From an uncultured Deferribacteraceae bacterium (GTDB taxonomy: Bacteria; Chrysiogenota; Deferribacteres; CAMZNJ01): a stretch of 64,000 bases of DNA. This document shows positions 47,973-59,031 of this stretch, one piece after another. Where the stretch lies: contig CAMZNS010000032.1 of NCBI GenBank assembly GCA_947313855.1, positions 1,306-65,305 on the forward strand, in the 5' to 3' direction. Within the stretch, counting starts at the first letter, position 1. Each line of letters opens with the position of its first letter. The notes under the pieces are model-generated. The model searched no databases. It had not been told where the DNA came from and was given only the letters and a program-made list of their open reading frames with translations. The position numbers and the translations under genes are program-made.

Positions 47973-49130
47973 ATGCGTGGTTTATACATACATGTGCCAT
48001 ACTGTCAAATGCGATGCCACTACTGTGCGTTCTACTCCAAAACCCGATTCGACACGAACGAACCTGAACTGTTTGCCCGTAGTGTTGTTGCTGAGCTGTC
48101 CACCTTGCAAAACACGAACTTCCAAACGGTGTATATCGGTGGCGGAACCCCAACGATCATGGGCAACGGACTTGTGGAACTTATTCAGCAGGTGGCGAAT
48201 ACCATCCAGCTCCCACAAGTGGCGGAGTTTACCATCGAGGCGAACCCGGAATCACTAACGCCTGACCTACTCCATAACCTCAAACACTACACACCCGTCA
48301 ACAGAATAAGCATCGGTGCACAGTCTTTCGACGACAAAACACTGAAATTCCTCAACAGACCACACTCAGCTAAAGTGGCAACTCAGCGTATCGAAAAATC
48401 GCTAAACCTAGGCTTCAACACCGGTGCCGACATTATATTCGACATACCAACAGTTCCAACCAGCAACACTCTCAACGATATCAATACACTCGTCAAACTT
48501 GGCGTAAACCATATCTCAGCATACTCCTACACTCCAGACACAAACTTCCTCAAAGACAAAGTCAACCCTGACAATACAATATTCGACCAAGTTGCAAACG
48601 AAATAACAAAATACGGCTACAAACACTACGAAGTCAGCAACTTTGCCCAAAAAGGGTGCGAATCCAAACACAACGGAATATACTGGAACATGGACGAATA
48701 CATGGGACTAGGACCTTCAGCACACTCAATGTTCTACAACGACAAAGGGGAACGAATACGATACAAAAACGTGAGCAACACAAAACTCTACTGCCAAAAC
48801 TACGAAAAATATCGACAATACACAACGCTAACCTCACACCAACAACTAATGGAAAGCTTTGTCTTCCCCTTACGAACAAGTCGAGGCGTTGACGTGGCAA
48901 ACGTCTTGAATCGAATGCCCATAGCATGGCAACAAGATCGGAAAAATAATCAGGGGAACAGGAACGAACAACCGAGACTAAAAATATTGCAAGGACTACC
49001 AGACGAACTGCAAAAAAGGGTTGTGCACCTCATGGACAAACAACTACTACTCGAAACACCTGTGGGAGTCGCAACAACACCGAAAGGACTCATGCTACTA
49101 GACTCGGTGATGGAGTATTTATACTACTGA
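47973..49130 (+). CDS. hemW: Radical SAM heme chaperone HemW (HemN-like)
   Basis: LYIHVPYCQMRCHYCAF, YIGGGTPT, EFTIEANPES, HYEVSNFA, HN..YW, GLGPSAHS. Confidence 0.9.
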   Translation: MRGLYIHVPYCQMRCHYCAFYSKTRFDTNEPELFARSVVAELSTLQNTNFQTVYIGGGTPTIMGNGLVELIQQVANTIQLPQVAEFTIEANPESLTPDLLHNLKHYTPVNRISIGAQSFDDKTLKFLNRPHSAKVATQRIEKSLNLGFNTGADIIFDIPTVPTSNTLNDINTLVKLGVNHISAYSYTPDTNFLKDKVNPDNTIFDQVANEITKYGYKHYEVSNFAQKGCESKHNGIYWNMDEYMGLGPSAHSMFYNDKGERIRYKNVSNTKLYCQNYEKYRQYTTLTSHQQLMESFVFPLRTSRGVDVANVLNRMPIAWQQDRKNNQGNRNEQPRLKILQGLPDELQKRVVHLMDKQLLLETPVGVATTPKGLMLLDSVMEYLYY

Positions 49131-50012
49131 ATCAGCACCTGAACCAGCACCTGAACCAGCACCAGCACTAGTGCGATCCATATCCATGTGCTTCACCAAG
49201 CAGTTGTACCCCAAATCAGTAAGGTGCGTACCAACAGACTCAGCAACATGAACAGAACGATGACGACCACCCGTGCAACCGATGGACAACGTAAACGACG
49301 ACTTCATCTCATTAATATAACGGGGAACAAGGAGATCCAACATGGCGAAAAGTTGGGTCATGAACGGCTCATAAAAATCGTCCCGCTGAATATACGCCGA
49401 TACATCAGCATTTTGACCCGAAAAACCGCGAAGCTCCGGAACAAAATACGGATTCTTCAGAAAACGAACATCCATAAGCATGTCGCTATCACGAGGCGAA
49501 CCGTACTTGAAACCAAACGACTGAACAACTATCTGAAACTCAGCACGATTATCACGCTCAACCCATGTCTGCAACCGACTCTGCAAGTCGTGGGGCGAAT
49601 AATCCGAAGTATCGATAATAACGTCAGCAAACTCGCGAATGGGAGCGAGCATGGTAATCTCCTCGTCGATGGCATCACCAATAATCACACCCCGTGGATG
49701 CATCCGTCGCGACTCCTTAAAGCGGTTAATCAGCACCGCTTTGTCGCACTCAAGGTAGACAACTCGTGCGTTGTAACGAGTCTTCTCCTTGTCAATAACC
49801 TTGTACGCGTTCTCAATGCCACGGGTGCGAACATCGATGGACAAAACAAGCTTGCTTACACCAGAACTCGGCTTACTCGACGTCTCAATAATGGCGGTAA
49901 ACATGTCTAGCGGAACGTTGTCTATGGCGTAGTAGCCGTTGTCGTTGAATATGCTCAGTGCCTTGGTTTTACCGGCACCCGAAAGCCCCGTCAGTATTAC
50001 TAGCTCAAGCAT
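49119..50012 (-). CDS. rapZ: RNase adapter RapZ (YvcJ/YhbJ)
   Basis: TGLSGAGKT, IDNVP, ESRRMHP, SFGFKYG, DVRFL.NP, IGCTGGRHRSV. Confidence 0.95.
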   Translation of the reverse strand: MLELVILTGLSGAGKTKALSIFNDNGYYAIDNVPLDMFTAIIETSSKPSSGVSKLVLSIDVRTRGIENAYKVIDKEKTRYNARVVYLECDKAVLINRFKESRRMHPRGVIIGDAIDEEITMLAPIREFADVIIDTSDYSPHDLQSRLQTWVERDNRAEFQIVVQSFGFKYGSPRDSDMLMDVRFLKNPYFVPELRGFSGQNADVSAYIQRDDFYEPFMTQLFAMLDLLVPRYINEMKSSFTLSIGCTGGRHRSVHVAESVGTHLTDLGYNCLVKHMDMDRTSAGAGSGAGSGADSVV

Positions 50013-50073
50013 AGTGTTGCTCCATTGTTGACTAAAACGTGCGTGTTTGCGTTAATGCAGGGTAAAGGAGGGC

Positions 50074-50187
50074 ACCATCGACCATCGACCATCGACCATC
50101 GACCATCGACCATCGACCATCGACCATCGACCACTGCCACCGAAAGCATGGCGAACATGGCGAACATGGCGAACATGGCGAACATGG
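50074..50187. repeat. Two adjacent tandem arrays: ACCATCG x8 (50074-50129) and CATGGCGAA x4 (50147-50182)
   Basis: Counted directly in the hpf-rapZ intergenic region. Confidence 0.95.
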
Positions 50188-50223
50188 TGCCCAAATAACT
50201 ATAACACCGCAACGTTCATGGTT

Positions 50224-50781
50224 TTAGTCGGTGTAGAATAGTCCTATTTTTTTGTCGTCGCGAACATACACAACCTTAACAGAGTTGTCTTCCACATCCC
50301 TGAATACGTAGAAGTTTTTGTGTAGGAGTTCCATTTGCAAAACAGCTTCGTCGAGCATCATGGGTTTGAAGGGTACGTCTTTCACTACAACAGCGGTGGA
50401 CATGCCGATATTTTCGTCATTGTCGTCCCCATCCATGCCAAACGGCTCGTAAACCGCCATTTTGAATGTTTCGTCCCCTTTGCGAACGGACAGCCTTTTT
50501 GTTAGGCTTTTGTCTTTGTATTTCGATAGTTTTGCTTCTAGCTTGTCCGTTGCCTCTTCGATGGATGCGTAAAGGTCGTTTGTTGAGGCAGTTGCTTTGA
50601 AGAAGACTCCTTTTACGAGGAGTAGCATCTCCACCTTGTGTGTATCTTTTTGAACCGAGTAGGTAACGATTAGGTCGGCGTCTTTTTTGGGGTAATGTTT
50701 AAACACTCGTTCCGTTTTCTTGTCTGTGAATTCTTTTATGGCCTCTGTTACATCGAGTCCTCTTCCAACATACTTCGTCAT
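50224..50781 (-). CDS. hpf: Ribosome hibernation promoting factor, long form
   Basis: GRGLDVTEAIKEF, DLYASIEEA.DKLE..L.KYK, KPM.LDEAVLQMELL...FYVF, VVY.R.D..IG. Confidence 0.92.
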   Translation of the reverse strand: MTKYVGRGLDVTEAIKEFTDKKTERVFKHYPKKDADLIVTYSVQKDTHKVEMLLLVKGVFFKATASTNDLYASIEEATDKLEAKLSKYKDKSLTKRLSVRKGDETFKMAVYEPFGMDGDDNDENIGMSTAVVVKDVPFKPMMLDEAVLQMELLHKNFYVFRDVEDNSVKVVYVRDDKKIGLFYTD

Positions 50782-50837
50782 ATGAATACCTCCAGTATTA
50801 GGAATATATCTTACGTGTTCAGTATTTTCTACTGTTG

Positions 50838-52388
50838 TCATTGCGTTCGATCGAATCTTGATGGTATGGCAAAGTCTTCGCGGTATTTGGTAACAGTTCG
50901 TCGGGCGATTTTTATCCCCCTTTCGGCAAGTTTTTCGGATATTTTTTGGTCGCTTAGTGGGTTATTTTTGTTTTCTCCGTCAATTATTTCTTGCAGAACC
51001 AGTTTTACGGCTTGGTTAGAGAGAGTGTTCCCCTCTGAGCCAGCGGGTTTGGGCACCCCTTTTACGAAGAAGTGTTTGAGTTCGAGTAGTCCGTACGCCG
51101 TCATGGCGAATTTACCTGCTGTTGCTCTGCTTACGGTGGATTCGTGCAGTCCTGTGACTGTTGCGATGTCCACAAGACGCAGTGGGCTAAGCCTGAGTGA
51201 TCGTTTCATTAGGAAGTCTTCTTGGTGTTCGGCAATTACTTCGCAAACTCGTCGAATGGTATCTTGTCGTTTTGTTAGCCCTGATATTAGAAATTGTGCT
51301 TCTTTTAGTTTTTCGTCAACATATTTTTTATGTCCGATGTTATTTGGTGTGTTTGTTTTGTTATTTTTGATGTCTAGGAACATTTTGATATACTTGCGAT
51401 TAATTCCTAGGGATGGCACAACGTTGTCGTTTAGTGTGATTTCGATACTGTCATTGTTGGCGTTGGGCACAAGGTAGATATCGGGAATAATGTGGTGTCC
51501 AACACTATCGTACCCTTTGCTGGGTGCAAGTGTAGTTTTTTTGATGGATGCGGCTGTCCGCTCTACGAATGTTGTGGGTATCCCTAGTGCTGTGGCGATT
51601 TTGCTATAACGCATGAGCGACAGCTCTTTTAGGTAGTCGTGGAGTAGTATGGTTGCGAGTTCTACCTCGTCGGGGCATACCTCCATATCTTTCATCTGTT
51701 TGATTATGCTCTCTTGGAATGAGGCACAGGCGACGCCAACAGGGTGAAACTCTTTGATAACGTTGAGCACCTCTTCAAACTCGCCAACAGTTATGCCTAG
51801 GTATCTGCTTGATTTTTTAATATCGAGGGTAAAGAAGCCGTTGTCGTCAAGGTTTCCGATAATGTACATCCCTATTGTTTCTTGGCTTGGCGAGAGGTGC
51901 GAGATGATTAGCTGTTTTGAAAGTGCTTCGTACAGGGATTCGGTATGCCCCACAAAGCTTTCATACTCCACAAAATCGGTGTCGCCGTAGGAGTCTATCC
52001 CAGTCATGGGTTGGTAGGTTTCGCTGATGAAGTTGTCCCATTCGTCGGAATCGAACGTTTCGTAAATCGAGTCATCTTTGCCGCTAATATTTTCGGTGGT
52101 ATCTTGGGTATTGCTAGTGTTGTCGGTGTTATTGGAGTCTGAGTCTGAGCCGGAATCTGCGTTTGTGTTTGCGTCCATGTTTATGTTTGTGTTTGCGTCT
52201 GATTCTGCGTCGGCGTCTAGGTCGTGTGTGTACTCGAGTAGTGGGTTCTCCTCCATGAGTTCGCCGATGGTGGAGGCGAGTTCCATGGTTGTCATGCGTA
52301 ACATGCTAATGGATTGTTGCATGGAGGCAGTCATGACAATCTTCTGGCTAAGCTGATTATTGAGGGATAGATTTATTCCTTGAGCCAT
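50838..52388 (-). CDS. rpoN: RNA polymerase sigma-54 factor
   Basis: Gln/Leu-rich region I, ENPLLE, IGNLDDNG, LHESTVSRA, PLSDQKI, RpoN box ARRTVTKYRE. Confidence 0.97.
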   Translation of the reverse strand: MAQGINLSLNNQLSQKIVMTASMQQSISMLRMTTMELASTIGELMEENPLLEYTHDLDADAESDANTNINMDANTNADSGSDSDSNNTDNTSNTQDTTENISGKDDSIYETFDSDEWDNFISETYQPMTGIDSYGDTDFVEYESFVGHTESLYEALSKQLIISHLSPSQETIGMYIIGNLDDNGFFTLDIKKSSRYLGITVGEFEEVLNVIKEFHPVGVACASFQESIIKQMKDMEVCPDEVELATILLHDYLKELSLMRYSKIATALGIPTTFVERTAASIKKTTLAPSKGYDSVGHHIIPDIYLVPNANNDSIEITLNDNVVPSLGINRKYIKMFLDIKNNKTNTPNNIGHKKYVDEKLKEAQFLISGLTKRQDTIRRVCEVIAEHQEDFLMKRSLRLSPLRLVDIATVTGLHESTVSRATAGKFAMTAYGLLELKHFFVKGVPKPAGSEGNTLSNQAVKLVLQEIIDGENKNNPLSDQKISEKLAERGIKIARRTVTKYREDFAIPSRFDRTQ

Positions 52389-52390
52389 GG

Positions 52391-53170
52391 TTACAGGGTG
52401 AACTCCTCGCCTAAATATTTTCTACGAACTTCAGCATTACTGGCGATATCATGGGCATTCCCCTCCGCCACAATACTACCTTCTATCATTATATACGAAC
52501 GATGAGTAATACTCAAGGTATCGCGAACGTTGTGATCGGTGATAAGCACGCCAATACCGTCTTTTGTTAGGTCAGAAATAATATTTTTTATGTCGCTGAC
52601 GTTCACAGGATCAACACCCGCAAACGGCTCGTCAAGCATGATGAATGTGGGATCGATGGCAAGACAGCGGGCTATCTCCAAGCGACGACGCTCACCACCA
52701 GACAACACGGAAGCTTCCGAATAAAGAACGCCACCCAAACCGAATCGGCTCACAAGGCTGTCTAAATCCTTCTCATTATTGAGGGGTGCCTCGGATTTGC
52801 GTAACTGCAGTGCGGTGAGGATGTTGTCGCGAACAGTCATTTTACGAAAAATGGATGTCTCTTGCGGCAGGTAACCCATACCTATTCTTGCACGTTTGTG
52901 GATGGGGTACGAAGTAATATCCTTGTCGCCGAAGAATACCTGACCACGATCCGGCTTGATAAGACCAACAAGCATGTAGAATGATGTGGTTTTCCCCGCA
53001 CCGTTGGGTCCCAAGAGACCCACACACTCACCAGCAGAGATGTGGAACGTGATGTCATGCACAACCTCACGCCTACCGTAGGATTTGGATATCCCCGAAG
53101 CGGTAATGGTTGTGACCGGCTGGGCGGTTGTGTTGGTGTGCCCTTGCGGTGTGCTGCTATTTTTTGCCAT
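52391..53170 (-). CDS. lptB: LPS export ABC ATPase
   Basis: GLLGPNGAGKTTSFYM.VGL, GYLPQE.SIFRK, LSGGERRRLEIAR, LITDHNVRDTL, YLGEEF. Confidence 0.96.
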   Translation of the reverse strand: MAKNSSTPQGHTNTTAQPVTTITASGISKSYGRREVVHDITFHISAGECVGLLGPNGAGKTTSFYMLVGLIKPDRGQVFFGDKDITSYPIHKRARIGMGYLPQETSIFRKMTVRDNILTALQLRKSEAPLNNEKDLDSLVSRFGLGGVLYSEASVLSGGERRRLEIARCLAIDPTFIMLDEPFAGVDPVNVSDIKNIISDLTKDGIGVLITDHNVRDTLSITHRSYIMIEGSIVAEGNAHDIASNAEVRRKYLGEEFTL

Positions 53171-53771
53171 CGGTGAGCCCCCCGTTAGTACGCCCCTTGT
53201 CGATACGCTCCCCGTCGCGACGAAGAGATTGCAAGCCGTCAGACGACTTGAGTGTGGCAACGGAGCCGTTGTTGGATTCGATAACAGTACGATTTTCTTC
53301 GTAGTAGTGGTAGATAACGTCGCCGCTAACAACATAAGATGAGCCGTGCCATATGGTCACATTCCCTATTAGTTTGATAAACTTGCCCGTTTTGTCGTCA
53401 ATATCAACAGCATCTGCAATACCGATATTCCCCCACCTATCGGAGTAGGTAATGTTGCCCTGTGCACTGCCTTTGATTCCGCTGTTGTCGATGGCAACCT
53501 TGGCACGATCACCCTTGACGGCGAAACGGTGATCGAAAACCTCAACATTGCCCCTTAATTCGACAGTGCCTTCGTTGGAGTTGTAGGTGGTGGTGTCGGC
53601 AAAGATATTTATTCGTGCTGTGGCTGTGGTTGGGTAGAGGAGGGGTGTCCACAAAAGGAGTGCCCATGGGAGGAGTGCCCATGGGAGGAGTGCCGCAACG
53701 GGAGTACCCCACCAGCGTTGAATAGTGCTAAGAAAAGCCTGTGGGGCTACTAATAGTTTCACCATTCCCAT
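53157..53771 (-). CDS. lptA: LptA/OstA-like periplasmic LPS transport protein
   Basis: Signal peptide; INIFAD......GTVELRGNV, AQGNI, LIGNVTIW.G..V.GD.I.Y beta-jellyroll pattern; upstream of lptB. Confidence 0.7.
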   Translation of the reverse strand: MGMVKLLVAPQAFLSTIQRWWGTPVAALLPWALLPWALLLWTPLLYPTTATARINIFADTTTYNSNEGTVELRGNVEVFDHRFAVKGDRAKVAIDNSGIKGSAQGNITYSDRWGNIGIADAVDIDDKTGKFIKLIGNVTIWHGSSYVVSGDVIYHYYEENRTVIESNNGSVATLKSSDGLQSLRRDGERIDKGRTNGGLTDGKK

Positions 53772-53869
53772 GCCTCCCTTTTTGTACCATTAATATGTAA
53801 CCATTATACACCGTAAACACAACTAACTACAACGGTAATAACAACAAATACAAAAAAGTTGCCACAACC

Positions 53870-54799
<930 letters not shown>

Positions 54800-54802
54800 A
54801 CC

Positions 54803-54909
54803 CTACCCCCCGAAGTAGTCTCTGCATCGTTATTTCGCTTTTAATGTGTGGGCACCTGAGTGCCCATTAATGTCTACCCCCCGAAGTAGTCTCTGCATCG
54901 TTATTTCGC
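54803..54909. repeat. 36-bp perfect direct repeat separated by a 35-bp hairpin-containing spacer
   Basis: CTACCCCCCGAAGTAGTCTCTGCATCGTTATTTCGC at 54803-54838 and 54874-54909; the spacer holds TGGGCAC-CTGA-GTGCCCA. Confidence 0.95.
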
Positions 54910-54933
54910 AGGTTAATCCATGTTATTGCGAGC

Positions 54934-56538
54934 CTACCCTTTCTGGCTACTGTGGTTTATCGCTGCTGAAATAAACCCTACAAATAAGGGGTGCGGTGAT
55001 GTTGGTTTCGACTTAAACTCGGGATGGAATTGGCATCCCAAAAACCACGGATGACCAGGTATTTCCGCAACTTCAGGGAGACCTGAACCGGGGTTGACGC
55101 CAGAGATAACGAGTCCTTGTTCGCTGTAGCGATCGAGGTAGTCCTGATTGACTTCCAGACGATGACGGTGTCGTTCGTGAATAGTTTTCACACCGTAAGC
55201 TGTCCGTGCAAGCGAGCCTTCATCCAGCTCGCATTCGTAAGCACCAAGACGCATGGTTCCACCCTTTTCAGCACCCTCCTGACCAGCCATGTAGTGGATG
55301 ACGGGGTTGGGGGTAAATGGGGCAAACTCTTGACTGTTGGCATCGGCAAGACCTAGCACGTTTCGTGCGAAGTCGATAATGGCAACCTGCATCCCCAGAC
55401 AGATACCGAAGTACGGAATATTATTCTCCCTAGCATAGGCGGACGAGCGTATCTTCCCTTCAACGCCTCGCTCCCCAAAGCCACCGGGGGTCAGGATACC
55501 GCTAACGTTGGCGAAAGCGTTCCTTGCGTCCTCATCGGTTTTTATCCCCTCGGAGTCAACAAGCTTGACCTGTATTTTGGTTTGGTGATGAATCCCCGCA
55601 TGGTTGAGGGCTTCTCGCAGGGAGATGTATGTATCTTTGAGGTTAACATATTTTCCAACCATGGCGACGGTTACTTCGTGTTTCGGATCTTTTATGCGAT
55701 TGCTAATGTCGTACCATTTGTCTAGTGTGTACGGTTTTTCGTCCAGTTGTAGTTTGCGTAACACGAGGTTGTCCATCCCCTCTTTGTTGAGCATGATGGG
55801 TATTTCATAGATGGAGGCAACATCAAATGCGTTGATTATGTCTTCGTCACGCAGGTTGCAGAACCGTGCTGTTTTGCTTTTCGTATCTTGGTTGAGGGGG
55901 TATCGACTACGGCAAACAAGGATATCTGCCATGATGCCTATCTCCATCAGTTTCTGCACGGAGTGTTGCGTTGGTTTGGTTTTCATCTCCCCAGATGTTT
56001 CCAGGTAGGGAACGTATGTTACGTGTACGTAGACAACGGAGTTGGTAGGTGCATCGTATTTGAATTGGCGAATAGCTTCCAGAAACGGCAACGACTCGAT
56101 GTCGCCAACGGTGCCGCCAACCTCGATGATAACAATATCGTAGTCGTCGTCACCTTTGGTAATGCGTTCTTTGATCATGTCGGTAATATGGGGGATAACC
56201 TGCACTGTTTGTCCTAGGTAGTCACCCCGACGCTCTTTCTCCAGCACTTTGTCGTACACCTTGCCGGATGTAATGTTGGAGTATTTGTTGGTGTTGGAGG
56301 ACAGGAATCGTTCGTAGTGTCCTAGGTCCAAGTCGGTTTCGGTTCCGTCTTCGGTGACGAAAACCTCCCCATGTTCAAAGGGGCTCATGGTTCCGGGATC
56401 GATGTTTAGGTATGGGTCGAATTTTTTCATTAAAACTCGGTATCCTCGCCCTTCAAGGAGAGATCCTAAAGCTGCACCTGTGATCCCTTTGCCTAGGGCA
56501 GACATTACGCCACCTGTAATGAAAATATATTTAGCCAT
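54934..56538 (-). CDS. pyrG: CTP synthase
   Basis: KYIFITGGV.S.LGKG, DPYLNIDPGTMSP.EHGEV, KTKPTQHSV, GICLGMQ, ERHRHR, QFHPEF. Confidence 0.98.
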   Translation of the reverse strand: MAKYIFITGGVMSALGKGITGAALGSLLEGRGYRVLMKKFDPYLNIDPGTMSPFEHGEVFVTEDGTETDLDLGHYERFLSSNTNKYSNITSGKVYDKVLEKERRGDYLGQTVQVIPHITDMIKERITKGDDDYDIVIIEVGGTVGDIESLPFLEAIRQFKYDAPTNSVVYVHVTYVPYLETSGEMKTKPTQHSVQKLMEIGIMADILVCRSRYPLNQDTKSKTARFCNLRDEDIINAFDVASIYEIPIMLNKEGMDNLVLRKLQLDEKPYTLDKWYDISNRIKDPKHEVTVAMVGKYVNLKDTYISLREALNHAGIHHQTKIQVKLVDSEGIKTDEDARNAFANVSGILTPGGFGERGVEGKIRSSAYARENNIPYFGICLGMQVAIIDFARNVLGLADANSQEFAPFTPNPVIHYMAGQEGAEKGGTMRLGAYECELDEGSLARTAYGVKTIHERHRHRLEVNQDYLDRYSEQGLVISGVNPGSGLPEVAEIPGHPWFLGCQFHPEFKSKPTSPHPLFVGFISAAINHSSQKG

Positions 56539-56583
56539 AATACCTCTGTTGTTTCGCTCTATGCGTCGCTATTATTGTTATGT

Positions 56584-57216
56584 TTACTTCATGTTATATT
56601 TTTGCAAAATATGGAGCAACATCTCGCCGTAATCGCTGATGCGAACACACCCTGAGCTGTCTAACTTGCCTGTGTCATCGAAATCAACACCGATAAAGTA
56701 GCACCCAACAGCCAATGCACCCTCCATATCGGATATGGAGTCGCCAATCATGATTGTTGTTTCAGGGGTGGCACCACAGTGGGTCATGGCGGTACGTAGG
56801 TGTGCTTCTTTCATGTTTGGATCGCCGTAAATGCCACGAAAGTAGTGGCTCAAGCCAGACTGATCAACCGCCTTGGTTAGAAACTCTTGGGGCGTTGCAG
56901 AGTTGATGTACAGGCTGACGCCCATGCTTGCTAGGTGGTCGAAGAATGGTATCACATTGCGAACAATATTTTTTTGGGAGGTGAAGAACTCGTCAAGGGT
57001 GGATGCATACCGCTCGAGGAGGTATTGGGGCGACAACCCTGATATTTCGGAAAAATACTGTGCAAGGTCGTACCTGTCTTTAAACGGTTTAAACGCATAA
57101 ACCTCACGTATCATCTCCCCATATTTGGGATCGAGCATATCGTACCACAATTGGCGTTTGATGCTTTCGCTCATTACAATGGTATCGTCAAAGTCGAGTA
57201 CTACACATTTCAACAT
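56584..57216 (-). CDS. HAD-family hydrolase
   Basis: Motif I DFDDT, motif II INSATP, K, motif IV MIGDSISD. Confidence 0.85.
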   Translation of the reverse strand: MLKCVVLDFDDTIVMSESIKRQLWYDMLDPKYGEMIREVYAFKPFKDRYDLAQYFSEISGLSPQYLLERYASTLDEFFTSQKNIVRNVIPFFDHLASMGVSLYINSATPQEFLTKAVDQSGLSHYFRGIYGDPNMKEAHLRTAMTHCGATPETTIMIGDSISDMEGALAVGCYFIGVDFDDTGKLDSSGCVRISDYGEMLLHILQKYNMK

Positions 57217-57326
57217 AAGAACACCTTCACAACAATTATACACCATCTTAATTATTTTGTAAATATTGGATATTGATCACGAAAAACGAATTCTGCATAA
57301 TGGATTGCTTTACAGTGGCTGTGGCA

Positions 57327-58796
57327 CTACTGTGTTTTTTTGAGGCGATACAAAGACTCCTCAATACCCACTACGTAACGGTGAGGATTCACCAAACGAC
57401 GATAAGAAATGTCTAAACTTTGAAGAGATTTCTGCAACAAACTACGAGCAGACTCAACAGAGTAGTCCCCGCCAGAGGAGTAACAACCGGTGCCAACATG
57501 GCGACGACAAGGCTCATAAAGAACAGAACAACATGTACCAACAGGGAATGTGCGAACACGTGAGGTGTACTCATCCACCGAACGAACATCTCGCAACAAA
57601 CGCAAACCAACATTGCCCGAACCAACAACACCGTCAAGCATATCCATGGGCAGAATAACATCACCCATCAACCTAGAACCACCATCAGAATCGGGTCTAA
57701 ACATGCGAAGAAGAACAGTGGCACCCGGCAGAGTGGTCTTAAACGGATCCGACGAAATCTTCTGCACACCAACACCATCGATGGAACGAAGCTTGTACAC
57801 ACCCCCCAAAGGTGCAAGACCCTTACCAACAACAAGGGAGGTACCAACACCGAACGCGTCGATAGGTGCCGACTGCTCGCCAAGGAGGGAGTGGATAACA
57901 AACTCATCCAAATCACCCGAAACAATAATCTTAGTGGACGAAAATCCGCCCAAATCCAGCACCTTACGCACCTCCATGCTCAAATAAGCAAGATCACCAC
58001 TATCGATTCGCACAGAAGCAAGGGGCACACCCGTAAGCTTAGACGCTAACATGGCGTTTTTTGCACCCTCAATAGTCTCGTAAGTGTCGATCAAAAGAGT
58101 TGCCGAACCCAAACCGCAATGACGCATGTAGCTGCAAAAAGCATCCAATTCACCACCATCACCATAACTCATCACAAACGAATGTGCATGGGTGCCCATA
58201 ACAGGAAGATTGTAACGCAAACTAGCACAAACATTGCTCGTACCTGTCACACCACCAATACTCGCACCGCGTGACGACAACATACCACCAACATCCATGG
58301 AACGACGCAAACCGAACTCGACCACAGGACGACCATCTGCAGAACCAACAATACGACTCGCAATAGTTGCAACAGCCGTCTGCGTATTCACAAAATTCAG
58401 CAACGCCGCCTCAACAACAACGCAAGCCCAATGGGGACCACTAATCTGGACCAATGGGGTGTTAGGAAAAAATATCTCACCCTCACGAAGGGCATTAATC
58501 GTTATGTCAAGGGTGGAGTGAGACAAAAAATCGAGGAAATCGGAATCAAGGGCAGACAAACCGGAATTAGCAAGGGGAGAAACACCACTACCACACTCCG
58601 AAAGGAAACGAGCAACATTCTCCTCCCAACTATCCACCCACTCAAGGAAAGTGCCCAAACCAGCAAAAACCATGTAGGAGTAGCCGAGGGGCACCTTGCG
58701 AACAAACATCTCGTAAACAGTATGACGCTCGTGAGTGCCCTCACGCAGAAGAGACTGACACATACTTAGGTGGTAAAGATCGCAATTAAGACCCAT
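57327..58796 (-). CDS. pncB: Nicotinate phosphoribosyltransferase
   Basis: DLYHLSM, EFGLRR, GTSNV, GTHAHSFV, LIDTY, VRIDSGDL, SGDLDE, FGVGT, GVYKL. Confidence 0.93.
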   Translation of the reverse strand: MGLNCDLYHLSMCQSLLREGTHERHTVYEMFVRKVPLGYSYMVFAGLGTFLEWVDSWEENVARFLSECGSGVSPLANSGLSALDSDFLDFLSHSTLDITINALREGEIFFPNTPLVQISGPHWACVVVEAALLNFVNTQTAVATIASRIVGSADGRPVVEFGLRRSMDVGGMLSSRGASIGGVTGTSNVCASLRYNLPVMGTHAHSFVMSYGDGGELDAFCSYMRHCGLGSATLLIDTYETIEGAKNAMLASKLTGVPLASVRIDSGDLAYLSMEVRKVLDLGGFSSTKIIVSGDLDEFVIHSLLGEQSAPIDAFGVGTSLVVGKGLAPLGGVYKLRSIDGVGVQKISSDPFKTTLPGATVLLRMFRPDSDGGSRLMGDVILPMDMLDGVVGSGNVGLRLLRDVRSVDEYTSRVRTFPVGTCCSVLYEPCRRHVGTGCYSSGGDYSVESARSLLQKSLQSLDISYRRLVNPHRYVVGIEESLYRLKKTQ

Positions 58797-58856
58797 GGGA
58801 GCCCCTCCTCGCGGGCAACATACTAACGTGCGGGGCGAACATCGCCCAGTAATAAG

Positions 58857-59014
58857 CAAGCAGGGGGGGCATCATCGCCCAGCAGGCACCACCCAGCAGG
58901 CAGGGGGCATCATCACCACCACCGCCCAACAGGCACCGCCCAACAGGCACCACCCAACAGGCATCACCGCCCAACAGGCACCACCCAACAGGCATCACCG
59001 CCCAACAGGCAGGG
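58857..59014. repeat. Imperfect 14/17-bp tandem repeat CA(TCA)CC(G/A)CCCA(A/G)CAGG, about 8 copies
   Basis: Read directly between oppF and pncB. Confidence 0.88.
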
Positions 59015-59031
59015 ACGACACAAGCTAAATA

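Noticed and set aside
52391-53335. Extended N-termini given by the ORF track (lptB 53335, hpf 50841, pncB 58859, DUF4340-like 10794, hemW 47898)
   Set aside because: Downstream ATGs with RBS or operon-style overlaps fit family lengths better; the extensions overlap neighbouring genes or repeats.
54803-54909. Bona fide mini-CRISPR (36-bp repeat, 35-bp spacer)
   Set aside because: There are only two copies, the repeat includes the lptC RBS region, the hairpin is in the spacer rather than the repeat, and there is no leader or cas gene. Kept only as a duplication finding.
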